A stretch of 64,000 bases of DNA from Hormiphora californensis (Eukaryota; Animalia; Ctenophora), in contig CM035350.1 of the NCBI GenBank assembly GCA_020137815.1, positions 3,224,001 to 3,288,000 on the forward strand, read 5' to 3'. A program made the position numbers and the translations under genes. Below are positions 1 through 11,944 of the stretch, one piece after another. A model generated the notes under the pieces. It saw nothing but the letters and a program-made list of their open reading frames with translations. It made no database searches and had not been told where the DNA came from. Position 1 is the first letter of the stretch; each line of letters begins with the position of its first letter.

Positions 1-1124
1 ACTCTCTGCCGCACCACAGTAACCATGGTGAATTAGGTAGCTGAAGACAAGCTTTTTGAGGGTAAGGTCTAGTTCCGATTCTTGGTGTCGGAAGGGAATG
101 TGTGTTTCAATTTGGTCTTTTAGTTTGGTTCTCCACTCCAACATATACCCTTCTATATCAAACATGAACGGCCTATCACCTGAGATGTGGACGAGTATTA
201 ATAAAGAGATGGGATGGGAATATACAGCAAAATAGACAGTGAAATAGGAAACCGAGATAATGTGAGAGATAGACACACATTTCAATTTTATGCGTGCTTA
301 TTTAGAGTTCCAAAATGTAGGATCTACCCACCAAAGTTTGCATCAGCGATCTCGCCCGGTGACTGCAGTCCCACCGTTGGGTATAGGTTCTGGGGGACCT
401 TCTGGAAGGCAGTACCCAGGTTCATACCATTCTTTGTGTAGAAAACAGAGTTATCAATCATATTCACACAGCAACCTGATAAGGGTTTACAACTCAATTT
501 CAGTAAACTAACAATAATTAGGGAGGGTAGATAATTACAGAGTTAGAAACTTACCGATCACATCTCCGGTTGTGAAAGTAGGGCCATATTTCTTGCCGCT
601 GCCGCTGGAACAAAACGAGTTACCATCGTCTCCATGGTAACCATAACTGTTGTTCTCCCACCCGGGTAGTCGGTTCATATTCACCTTGGCATCGGCCAGC
701 CCTATACCCATATACCTGGGGGGGGGAATAGTTCAGGGGAATAGTTCATGGGGGTTGTGACACAAATAAATGTTGAAAATTAATCGAGCACACCCACCCG
801 TTCTTTCCCTTGCTGATGATTTTAACTTCAAAATAGTAGATACCACAGGCAGCTGGTATGGGATGGGTTGCTCTGACGCTGGCCGCATCTCGGTGGTTCT
901 TTCCCTGACCGTTATAGTGAACCCTGATGAGGGATATTTAGTATTATTATGGGAGGGTTATATGGTACCTTGGGAACAAGATATAAGGTGAAATGAGTGA
1001 TATACCTGAGGTTACTTCGGGATAGTTTGATGAACTGCCACCGATCCTTACTACTCCATGCCCTGGGAAGTACGGACTCCTGGACATGGGGGTAGAGCCG
1101 GGATATCCTGTCTTCAGATGTCAT
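1..1124 (-). CDS. RANBP9: RanBP9/RanBP10 (RanBPM)-like SPRY-LisH protein, 5' part (5 exons; gene runs off the left edge)
   Basis: Spliced translation [12 protein letters not shown]...LPRAWS / [33 protein letters not shown] / YMGIGL...[18 protein letters not shown]...[12 protein letters not shown] / YTKNG...[12 protein letters not shown] / PFMFDIEGY...[11 protein letters not shown] (LisH); GT-AG introns. Confidence 0.93.
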
Positions 1125-1517
1125 CCTGCAGCTATTGAGATGAGGGACGAGGGTGTCACTTGTGTTGCTTAAACCCAAGGGGGGGGGGGGACAGGGTCGG
1201 GCAAGGCAAGGTGTCACATTGTCACAATAGAAGGGACATCCAATATAATGGGGATATTGAGTCGGAAATAAACATACAGAGTTTGAAAAAGATGAATGGC
1301 AAATAAAAGGATGAAGAAGAATCACAAAACGAACACTCTTAAATATTTTATTGGGGGGAGAGTGCTCCCGTAAATAATCTTTGATACTGAGAGTTCTCTC
1401 TTAAATCAACTAAATAAACAACATTTTTAACATTTTATGAAAATAAAACAATTTAAAGAACAGACGAACAAGCAGAATCGGAGTAAAGGTATGACTGACA
1501 CACTGGAGATTACATAA

Positions 1518-3398
1518 CTAGGCGAGGTTTAGCATTTTGAAGACCCGATGCCCTATATGAGCGTGGGGGTCCCACCTCACTAAACACTCTAATGCAGGGA
1601 CAGGGATTGAAGTCAGTCCGTAGAGGGCCCCCGATATTTGGGCTGTAACGGACCCTACTGTATCAGCATCACCACACCTGGGAGGGAGAGAGGGTGTGAT
1701 ATACAAGTTAACTTTCTAATGTACACTGATTGTATCTGGGGGGGGGGGGGGCTTTATTTTCAACACATCTTCCTTTCTTTGATTGACTATCAAACCAACT
1801 CCCAATTATATACTAACCAGGAACCGACCGAATCAGGAAATACTGGTCCCTGATTGGCTGATAACCAGTCACGTGACCTAAATAACGAGTTCTGATTGGC
1901 GGTTTCCTTGTTCCGGTCGGTTCCTGATACTAACATGTTGATAACTTTAAGGACGGCCTCTTCGTAACACCCTGTATGGTAGACACAGTGAAGGGACATT
2001 GCCAGGTTATCGCAGGTGTAACTTCCTACATATCCGGGTTGAGTGGCAGACCGGGTGGGCGAGTATCTGTAGTCCTCTCTCCTCCAACTCCAATCTTGAT
2101 CTGCTGCCTCCTTGTTAAACTGGTCTTCCACCCAATCCTGGGGGGGGGGGGGAGGGGGTTGTTGAAAGTGTTTGGGGAAATGCAGGGGGATGTTAAACTG
2201 GCCTTCCACCCAATCCTGAGGGGGGGGGGGGTTGTTGGAAGTGTTTGGGGAAATGCAGGGGGATGTAAATGAGGGTCAGGGTTAGAAAATAACAAGGGAA
2301 TTATTGTATTGTTCATCTTTCCTGTAGTACGAGACAATATCCTGAACATTCCCACCAACTGACCTTATTAGCTTCCCCCTTGACCAGTGCCTTAACAGTA
2401 TCACTATGTATGTACTCATCCAGTACACCCCAATCTAGTGAATCCAGGAAATCTTTCCCGTTAGTACAATCTGATTTCAGAGCACACACAATGACGTGAC
2501 TAAGAACTGCAGAACATTCAGCCGAGTGTAGCCCACTGTGTGAAGTAAAGCTTTGTTTCATAGCCTCAGAAATAAGAAACTCCGAACTTTCGTTCCGATA
2601 GAATATGGGCAGGGGACAGAGCCGCATTATTGAACCGTTTCCACTCATATCCTCAGATCCTTCAGCCCACAGAGACGTGTGGTCCTGTATAAAGGTCTGC
2701 AGGGAGTGGGATATCTGTCCACCTAGTCCCACTGATCTCCCGAACCAGAGTTTGCTATTACGACACTGCTCATCAAAACGGAACGCGTTGTTATACCCTA
2801 GAAACCACCACATCACAAATCTTTTCCTCAGGTCTATCTGGTCAACATGTCCACATACCAGGAGAGAGTCTGCTAGACACAACCCCATGCTAGTATCATC
2901 AGTATACTGACCTGCCTTCAGACCGAACTTGTTATAAACTCCAGGGGCGCTAAAATGAAGTTTGTCCAATTTCTTTATAATCACTTTCTCGTATTGGACA
3001 GGCACAAACTCGAGGGTGTGGCCCCAGGAGTCTGCAATAGCCATACCGTATATCGAACCCAGGCACTTGTTTAGTTCTTTGTTTCTACAAAACTGGGAGT
3101 TCGCAAAGTCCATGATGACGGAGTTTCCTCCCCATTCTTCACTAGCATTGTCTGGGAAGATGCAGTAATCAATACATGTGGGCAGAGGTGCAAACGCAGC
3201 AATTGAATCCTCCTTCGCTTTTTCAATAGTCTTCTTGATATCTTTTGGTTTTACGGAAGGCAGGTGTTCTGTCACTATCGGGTTGAAGCTTCGTTTCGAG
3301 TCTATTTGAGCTATTCTTGTTTTTATAGCATCAGTTGTCTCGGTTGAGTACGTTGGCACAGCAGCTGCAGAGGAGGTTTTACTTGTTTCTTGGCCCAT
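1518..3398 (-). CDS. ADP-ribosylglycohydrolase (ARH/DraG family); exons 3398-2364, 2137-1935, 1677-1518
   Basis: Motifs GMAIADSWG, YTDDT, GNGSIMR, GDADTVGSVTAQISGALYG. Exon phases join correctly. Likely start MGQETS. Confidence 0.88.
1818..1926. mobile_element. hAT-like MITE (about 109 bp)
   Basis: TIR CAGGAACCGACCG...CGGTCGGTTCCTG with 8-bp TSD ATACTAAC; second copy at 13720-13828. Confidence 0.85.
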
Positions 3399-3590
3399 CA
3401 GAACTCCTGGTCTCCATGCAAGACACCGCCTATACATAGAATGAAGGCTGGTTTTGGTAATGGAAATAATGATTACAAAAAGACGATATTGTACAGAAAC
3501 AGACACATCGGTAAAAATTGAAAACATAATAAATTAACTGATCACAAAACTCCTCCTAGGAGTTACTCCTGGCACATACATCTCTCTGAA

Positions 3591-4445
3591 TTATTCTCCC
3601 TTGAAGTTAGGTTTTCGTTTGTCTCTAAATGCCATGAGAGCCTCAATCCTATCCATAGTAGGGATAACGCCCATGTACGCCTCATGCTCCACATCGAGAC
3701 CGGCTCTAACAGGGCCCGCCTCAAACCCTTCCGTAATGGCCTTCTTGGCCATCCTCAGTGCCACCGGACCCCGCTCCTGAAGCAGAGAGGCAATCTCCAT
3801 GGCTTTAACAAAGGCAGCATTACCCTCCTCGTTCTGCTCTACACAATAGTTAGCCAGTCCAATCTTCTCGGCCTCAGCTCCAAAGACATCCCTACCAGTG
3901 AAGATGAGTTCCTTGGCTCGTGGCACCCCGACAACCCTGGGGAGTCTCTGGGTGCCTCCACCACCAGGAATGATGGCCAGCTTGGTTTCAGTGAGGGCCA
4001 TACGAGCATTGGTGGAGCACACCCTGATGTCAGTACCCAGAGCGAGCTCCAGGCCCCCTCCCATAGCGACGCCATCAATGGCACATATAACTGGCATGGG
4101 TAGCTCGGACATGTCTTGGATCATTAGTCGAAATGTTCTCACCATCCCAGGAACATCCTCTTCCTTTATAAATAACCGCTCTTTCAGATCTGCACCAGCA
4201 CAAAACACTTTGGGAGAGGTGGAGTAAAGGACCACTCCCTGTAACTTCTTTTGCTCCTTAATTTCTGCAAGTTTCTCCCTCAATTGGGCTCCAAGCGACA
4301 AACTGACGGCGTTTACAGGAGGTCGGTTCATAGCGAGCAGTGCAATACCCGGGTTAGACTCAGGGTAAGTAAGAAGAACATCATTAGTGGCTGAGGAGAG
4401 TCCACGGCCTCTGACCAGGGCCGAAACCAAGCTTCGAGCAAACAT
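3591..4445 (-). CDS. AUH: Methylglutaconyl-CoA hydratase (AUH-like enoyl-CoA hydratase), intronless, with mitochondrial-type presequence
   Basis: FCAGADLKER, AMGGGLELAL, ETKLAIIPGGGGTQRLPR, AKELIFTGR, C-terminal KRKPNFKGE. Confidence 0.9.
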   Translation of the reverse strand: MFARSLVSALVRGRGLSSATNDVLLTYPESNPGIALLAMNRPPVNAVSLSLGAQLREKLAEIKEQKKLQGVVLYSTSPKVFCAGADLKERLFIKEEDVPGMVRTFRLMIQDMSELPMPVICAIDGVAMGGGLELALGTDIRVCSTNARMALTETKLAIIPGGGGTQRLPRVVGVPRAKELIFTGRDVFGAEAEKIGLANYCVEQNEEGNAAFVKAMEIASLLQERGPVALRMAKKAITEGFEAGPVRAGLDVEHEAYMGVIPTMDRIEALMAFRDKRKPNFKGE

Positions 4446-5008
4446 GTTTTCTATAGAAAGGAATGTTTAGTTTTTATGGACAATATAAATTTAAAAAAAG
4501 TAGAAAAAAACTCCCACAGTCCTGCACGGGCCACGGCGCTCCGCACTAACTGTTGATGCCCAAAAGATTTAGTTCAATAAAGCACACATTTTTAGCTTGC
4601 CGCTAAAGAATCGGGGCGTCCTCCCGCCTCCCAGTCCAAAACGTGACCGATAGGTCATAGGCACTTGTAAAACTCAAGGACTCCTGGTCCTCATGTGAGC
4701 GGTGAGCCATGACTCCACTGTACGGTTAACGGTTCTCCGGTTCTTGTGGAAATTCGGTGTGAGAGAGTCTTCAGCACCTTTTGGAACTCATTGGCAATCC
4801 CGCCTGCTGTATTCATAACCAGCGCACATCCATATTGGCCTGTTTCCAGGTGTGCACTACCAAAAGAGTACACTTAGACCGACTGTTTTTCAAACGGCTA
4901 TAGCCACGCAACCACATGGCCAATTTGAGTTAACTAAACGGTATCTGAGAAAGAATCAGTAGCCCTAACCGGTAACCCCAAACCAAACCCTAACCAGACC
5001 GGAGACCC

Positions 5009-6246
5009 AAAATACAAATACAAATACAATTAACGTTTATATTCCGCTTTGGGGCTAAATAAATGCTAACACTAATCAGCTGATCGGAACAGCTTCCTCC
5101 CAGTATTAACTAGCCTTCTAAAACGGCACCTATAGGATTTAAGATCCTTGGAAGTCTAATAAATAACGTCGATAGTCGATATTAGATAATGATATAAAAA
5201 TAAATATAATGTATTAATAAATTAATAAATTATAGAAAAGTTTTAAATAAATTATAGAAAAGTATTAACTAGCCTTCTAAAACGGCACCTGTAGGATTTA
5301 AGATCCTTGAAAGTCTAATAAGTAACGTCGATAGTCGGTATTAGATAATGATATGAAATTAAATATGTATTAATAAATTATAGAAAAGTAATTCTACTTG
5401 TGATATAATCAAATGATAATTAATTACTTGATTAACTGATAAGATGATTAATAAATAAAAACTGTGGTATTAGTTAAGTTAAGTAATACGGAGTAAGAAT
5501 ACTGTTGAATAAGTTAGAAAAGTATTACTTAATCAAGTTAATACGGAGTAGGAATATGTACTATAACGATATAAATAAGATATATTTAAGTTGATAAGTT
5601 AATGTCTAAGTAGATGTAATAATAGAATAATAGCTAAGTAGATATAGTAACTAATGACTTGAAAAAGAACTAAACCAATAACCTCCGAAAGGTATGATAT
5701 AGCTAAGTAAGATTAAGTTGTTAATAAGTTGATACATATCAGAATAAGATTAAAAATTAAAAATGGAGAAGACCATTAAAGGTCAGTCAGGTAAGCTAAT
5801 TACAGGATTAAACTAAGTTAATTAAACTAAAATGTGCCAAGTGCAAAAGTAGGCTAACGTAGAAACCTAACGACTAGCCCGTCCCAAAGATGATTAACTC
5901 TCAAAAACACACTATCCACACTCAACTGAACACATTCTCTGATCTCCACACTCAATTGAACAAAAGAGAGTTTATAAACGTTTCCCCACCCTGGCACATC
6001 CGGGATCGTCGCCCTGGCTCCTCAGGGGGCTCACTCACTCAAAAATCCTAGAACTCTACTCTGGCCAGGAACATCAGAAACTCATAAAACACACAAAACT
6101 CGATAGACATACTCTTGGCATATAAATAGACCCCTACTCAGCTCAGATGTAGGAGGAAAGGACTTCAGATGATTAGTAATTATCATAGGATAGGAGTGTA
6201 GCACTGATAGGAATGTAGTTCAGATAGGAATGTTGACCAATTAGGA
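5009..6246 (-). mobile_element. 5'-truncated non-LTR retroelement 3' end (L2/CR1-like UTR)
   Basis: Minus strand ends ...CCCAAAGCGGAATATAAAC..(TTGTAT)n, like the terminus at 32470-32511; no ORF; AT-rich. Confidence 0.6.
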
Positions 6247-6572
6247 ATCATTAGTCGAAATGTTCTCACCATCCCAGGAACATCCTCTTCCTTTATAAAT
6301 AACCGCTCTTTCAGATCTGCACCAGCACAAAACACTTTGGGAGAGGTGGAGTAAAGGACCACTCCCTGTAACTTCTTTTGCTCCTTAATTTCTGCAAGTT
6401 TCTCCCTCAATTGGGCTCCAAGCGACAAACTGACGGCGTTTACAGGAGGTCGGTTCATAGCGAGCAGTGCAATACCCGGGTTAGACTCAGGGTAAGTAAG
6501 AAGAACATCATTAGTGGCTGAGGAGAGTCCACGGCCTCTGACCAGGGCCGAAACCAAGCTTCGAGCAAACAT
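6247..6572 (-). pseudogene. AUH: Truncated AUH duplicate (first ~109 codons, then reads into the insert)
   Basis: Matches 4120-4445; ORF 6183..6572 diverges after FRLMI. Confidence 0.9.
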
Positions 6573-7049
6573 GTTTTCTATAGAAAGGAATGTTTAGTTT
6601 TTATGGACAATATAAATTTAAAAAAAGTAGAAAAAAACTCCCACAGTCCTGCACGGGCCACGGCGCTCCGCACTAACTGTTGATGCCCAAAAGATTTAGT
6701 TCAATAAAGCACACATTTTTAGCTTGCCGCTAAAGAATCGGGGCGTCCTCCCGCCTCCCAGTCCAAAACGTGACCGATAGGTCATAGGCACTTGTAAAAC
6801 TCAAGGACTCCTGGTCCTCATGTGAGCGGTGAGCCATGACTCCACTGTACGGTTAACGGTTCTCCGGTTCTTGTGGAAATTCGGTGTGAGAGAGTCTTCA
6901 GCACCTTTTGGAACTCATTGGCAATCCCGCCTGCTGTATTCATAACCAGCGCACATCCATATTGGCCTGTTTCCAGGTGTGCACTACCAAAAGAGTACAC
7001 TTAGACCGACTGTTTTTCAAACGGCTATAGCCACGCAACCACATGGCCA

Positions 7050-7215
7050 ATTTGAGTTAACTAAACGGTATCTGAGAAAGAATCAGTAGCCCTAACCGGT
7101 AACCCCAAACCAAACCCTAACCAGACCGGAGACCCTAACAAAAGCCCTAAAGTCCTAACCCGTCGAACGCCAAATCGACGGATTGTTAGCAATGGAAGGC
7201 ACCCAGATTTTGACG
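7050..7215. repeat. Interspersed repeat with CCCTAA(CC) telomere-like motifs (relatives at 4920-5008 and 31630-31910)
   Basis: Shared AAACGGTATCTGA...ACCCTAACCAGACC...TTGTTAGCAATGGAAGGCACCCAGAT. Confidence 0.7.
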
Positions 7216-7781
7216 CTGGCCGTTTCTAAACCTTTGTTGGCTAACGCTGCTGGCCCCTGTTCTGTGCCACGCGGGATAAGGCAGCCCTTTTCAGTCGAAA
7301 AACTAAAAAAAAGGAGAAAAAAAAATTAAAAAAAAGAAAGTTCTTAAAAAATCAAAAATAAAACCGCCGCGCACTTTATTATTAAATTTAAATCGCGCGC
7401 AGATTTAAAAGCAGCGAAAAATAGAATATGTCGCGCATGCCAGGGAACTGAAATTAAAACAATCGTATTGTGTTGTTGAACTAGAAGTATCCAACTTATG
7501 GCACAAAGCATAATAGACACAAAGCTTTACATTTGTTAGTTCCAATTCAGACTATTCAGAGACCTTCAATGTCAAAACTAGACCTGTCTGACTGCCCGAT
7601 CCCGTTTGTGCATTGCCTGCGAAGCAGGCAAGCCCCGGGCGCGCGAACATGGGGGGCGCGACGTGCCCAAGTTTGTGCACTCAGATTCGATCGGTTCGGC
7701 ACCGCCAGACAGGACCTAAATAGACAAGACGAAGCTTAGAACTGGATAACGTTTTTCCGTGGTCAAGATTCTTTGAAAATA

Positions 7782-8135
7782 ACGGGCTCCCTTGCACATC
7801 GGGAGATCTCTGTGGGAGATCTCCCATTGATCTCCCAGAAAAGTATAATTGTGTTTAAATTGGATAAATCTCGGTTGTTACCGACTAAAGCTCTCAAAAG
7901 TCAAGAACATGCTTCAAATTGATATTTTTCTTCACGGCTACAAATACACATAAACACAAAGTATCAATTTTGAGCATGTTCTTGACTTTTGACAGCTTTT
8001 CTGAGGGCGGGATCGTGTTCAGCGGGTCCAAATTAGTCGGTAACAACCAAGATTTGTCCAATTTAAACAAAATGTAAAAAATTATACTTTTCTGGGAGAT
8101 CATCGGGAGATCTCCCGATGTGCAATGGAGCACGT
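7782..8135. mobile_element. MITE with imperfect ~100-bp TIRs
   Basis: GCTCCCTTGCACATCGGGAGATCTC ... GAGATCTCCCGATGTGCAATGGAGC, plus inverted TCTCCCAGAAAAGTATAATT. Confidence 0.75.
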
Positions 8136-8314
8136 CAATTTAGAACGTCCAAATTCGGATAATCATTAAAAGAGTTTCGCCTTCAGTTGATTTGTAGGTG
8201 GGCTTGTCACACAGCTCAAAGCCCTACAATTATAATCAGTTGGTTCCCGTACACTGGGATAAATACAGAAAAATCAACAGTTAAAACATTCAACCCAGAG
8301 TGTGAACCCACACC

Positions 8315-8345
<31 letters not shown>

Positions 8346-8580
8346 ACACTCACTCACTCACACACAAACAGCAACGGGTAGGGCTGGTACAAGCGTTGCC
8401 TCACTAGCGGCCTGTCTGGCGGTGCAAACCCCATTTGAGAGTACTGCCGCGAGAATCAAAACGGGGTCAGGTGACGCCAGACAGCTGTTCTCTTCATACG
8501 TTCAACACTGACACACGGTCTCCCTTCATCTCTTCAGATTAAATATAAATATTTTCATTTTAACGATATTCCACTATACT

Positions 8581-9554
8581 ACGGTGGCAGATTCCGGCCA
8601 AGTGTTTTTTTCAATCAAGTGAAATATTTTTGTTTGAAGTTTTATAAAAATTTTATTTCAAAATAAAAATAAACATGTCGTTAAAATTATTGGCCGGAAT
8701 CTGCCACGCGGGTGGCAGATTCCGGCCAAGATTCTCAAAAAACCTTGGCCAGAATCTGCCACACACGTGGCAGATTCTGGCCAACCAACTAAAACTTGTT
8801 TATATCAAAGCGAAAAGCACTGTACCCGACTAATTTTGATACGCTGAATCACGTAAGATACTTTTCCAATCCCTCAGAGGTCGGAAAAGTGTCATAATTG
8901 ACCATAATTGGGTCTAATTGATCCCACTTACAACTTTTTACCTTAAAACGATAGACGCTTATGTGAAGGCACTGTTCCGACTAATTTTGATACGCTGAAT
9001 CACGTAAGCAACTTTTCCAAGTCCTCCGAGGTCGGGAAAATGCCTTAATTGGGTATAATTGGGTCTAATTAGCCTTAATTGCTCAATTAGGGCACTTTGC
9101 CGATCTCTGAGGACTTGGAAAAGTTGCTTACGTGATTCAGCGTATCAAAATTAGTCGGAAAAGTGCCTTCACATAAGCGTCTATCGTTTTAAGGTGTAAA
9201 GTTGTAAGTGGGGTCAATTAGACCCAATTATGGTCAATTATGACACTTTCCCGACCTCTGAGGGATTGGAAAAGTATCTTACGTGATTCAGCGTATCAAA
9301 ATTAGTCGGGTACAGTGGTTTTCGCTTTGATATAAACAAGTTTTAGTTGGTTGGCCAGAATCTGCCACGTGTGTGGCAGATTCTGGCCAAGGTTTTTTTG
9401 AGAATCTTGGCCGGAATCTGCCACCCGCGTGGCAGATTCCGGCCAATAATTTTAACGACATGTTTATTTTTATTTTGAAATAAAATTTTTATAAAACTTC
9501 AAACAAAAATATTTCACTTGATTGAAAAAACTCTTGGCCGGAATCTGCCACCGT
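8581..9554. mobile_element. ~975-bp foldback/palindromic non-autonomous DNA transposon
   Basis: Near-perfect ~480-bp inverted arms (ACGGTGGCAGATTCCGGCCAA...), repeated TGGC(C/A)GAATCTGCCAC motifs, 8-bp TSD ACTATACT. Confidence 0.9.
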
Positions 9555-10127
9555 ACTATACTTACAAAACGATCAATGCAGTTTTAAATCTTCATATTAT
9601 ATAATTTATTAATATTTGCCACTGTCAATATTTTGAAATAGAGAGAAACTCTTGTCAATTTCATCAACACAACATCCTAATAAAATAATAGCCAACTTGA
9701 ATTTCATTTTTACACCGAGAGGGTGTTTCAAACAAATATAGTCTCCCACTATAATTTACTGAAGCTTTATTCGTGTTTGGCCTATAAACATGTGTATAAA
9801 TAAGAATATAATTATGTAGGCTGTATACATAACATTTGAATGATTGAAATAAAAGAAATAAATCATACACATAAAAGAACTTCCGTAGTTCAGGCACAAT
9901 GCACACACAAACATACAAACATGGAGAGATAGCGTGTGATTTGGCGCAGTACACAATTACTCATTTTCTGTGGTATGCAGTCCCAATCACAACACGCTTC
10001 AGTTCAATCTGACACGCCTGAACCCATTGAGATAGAGAATCGACTCTAGTTTAGCCCTGATCTCTGTCACAGGAATTATATCGCCAGATAACTAATTTGT
10101 TCCGATTGCAGTAGACTCCAGGTCCTG

Positions 10128-11889
10128 TCACTTTTTCCCGTTTTGGGTTGCCGTAACGGCTGCCTTCTGGGCACTCTTATTTCCCATTTTTCGATTGGAC
10201 CCTGTCAGGGGAATTGGTGTTAGTTACGTACAACTAAACACAAAAAGGTATCGCCATTATATTTAGCTAGCAAAGAGAATCATGCATGCGGTGATAGCTC
10301 GGCTTTGTATATCTATGAGCCCCCTAATAGCTGCTTGTAAAAAACAATTACGTGGCAGATATATAATAGTTTTAGCTTATTTTGCGATCGAGAAAATCAG
10401 GAAAAAGAATCATTGGCTATAATAAACATGGTGAAGAGAGGTTTTCAAGTGTAGATATTGGTAGATAAAGATAGCTGGTTGATGAAGGTAGCGCAGTAGC
10501 CTGCATGCTCTGAGAACTGCTGACCTAAATCGCGGAAAAGAAACTCCCGAGTTGCACTGAGAAAGGCAGCAGGACTGGACTGCCGCCGGGTGGTCAATAG
10601 TGTCGACTCCTCGGCCATACCACGGCCATCTGTATATAGTATGGTAGTGAATTGATTCAGGTAATGTGATATCGGGTGGTTGTGTAACTTGCTACAAATA
10701 TTACCACCTCACCCGGGCCACATTAATATAATCCCAATATAATGCAACAGCTGTGGGGTAATATTTGATATAGAGAAGGTGGCATTTAATATGGGCAATA
10801 CCAATCCGATGGGAGATAGTGTGATTCTAGGAATCAAAGGAAAGTTGTACGTGGGAGAGTATTATTGTTCGACGGTTGCGAACCCTATGATCTCCCCGCA
10901 ACAAATATAAAGGAGGGGTAGAACAAGGTGTGTTATACTGAGCAGTGAATATATTATTTCTATCGAATTTTACTGAGTGAATGATGTTTAATGAAGCTAG
11001 CTCAAGTTCTTCAGAACAAAGAGCTAATATTCTTCACAGAGAGAAAAACCCCTCGCTGCTCAAGCTGTTATACTGTTATACTGTTATGTGAGGTTATGTT
11101 GTGACGCCCGTATTTCTAGAACACACCCGTGGCATTAAATCTGAACTGACAAACAGAGAGAGCAGGTTATATAATAGGATGGTTTAGTTTCTCTCTATCG
11201 AATAACTTACTCAGAGTTAGAGTTGGTATGTTACTCCATTTTGAGGATCGAGGCGCTTCTGAACTGCAATAAAATGAAGTTACGTGATTGTGCATACAGT
11301 CTGTAGGGACAGAATGAACATCTACTTTCTCTACTCTCCCTCCTCTGACCCCCGAAAGGGCCCCTCTCCCCTCATATATCGCGTTTCTCGCCCTTGACCC
11401 CTCATGTCACAATTCTCTCTCTCTTCTCCCCTTACTTGAATGTATCATCTGCCTCCGGGTCTGTCCCGTTCTTTCTTCCAGGTTCAGGACTTGCTTCGAA
11501 CTTCAAGAACATGCCATTATTGGGCCCAAACATCTCCTCCCTGAGGAAACATATATTAGAACATCGAGAGGAAGGGATAGACAGAGGAAAGAGAGAGAGA
11601 GAGAGAGAGAGGGAAGCCAACTTGGCTTCCCTCTCTCTCTCCCCTTAGCCAAGACACGAGAGGGAGAGAAACTGAGAAATGACAGAGAGGGATCAGGGAA
11701 AGAGGGGGAGTTCTAGAAGTAGCACTAGGAAGATTTGCCTTTGACGTAAGATTAAAGTCGAATTTTTTATTCCGGGGAAAGTAAATCTGGTTGAGATCAA
11801 TCAAAACTTACTGGAAACTTTTACTAGATGACATTCCATTTGGCTGCTTGTCCAATGTATTACTGATGAATGTTCCCTCTTTATTCTGG
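10128..11889 (-). CDS. CMIP: Five extra 3' exons of CMIP (11889-11812, 11540-11436, 11263-11211, 10629-10525, 10201-10128): alternative C-terminal extension
   Basis: All have CAG acceptors; the first four end in GT donors. Phases 2-2-2-1-1 chain with no stop until TGA at 10130-10128. Confidence 0.7.
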
Positions 11890-11944
11890 CTGAAAACAAG
11901 GGGTTTTAATATATTATGGATTTGGGATTTGAACAAGTTAAATT

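Larger units (their letters stand above)
4120..7135. repeat. 889-bp direct duplication (4120-5008 = 6247-7135) flanking a 1238-bp insert
   Basis: The two copies appear identical at a constant offset of 2127 (ORFs 4445/6572 and 4691/6818 repeat). Confidence 0.95.

Noticed and set aside
3399-3527. Upstream in-frame extension of the ARH ORF (MFSIFTD...)
   Set aside because: Runs through a U-rich intergenic stretch and a splice acceptor; MGQETS at 3398 is the more plausible start.
4691-4873. 60-aa ORF ALVMNTAGGIANEFQKVLKTLSHRIS (duplicated at 6818)
   Set aside because: Vaguely resembles a retroelement endonuclease C-terminal remnant, but too short to call a gene.
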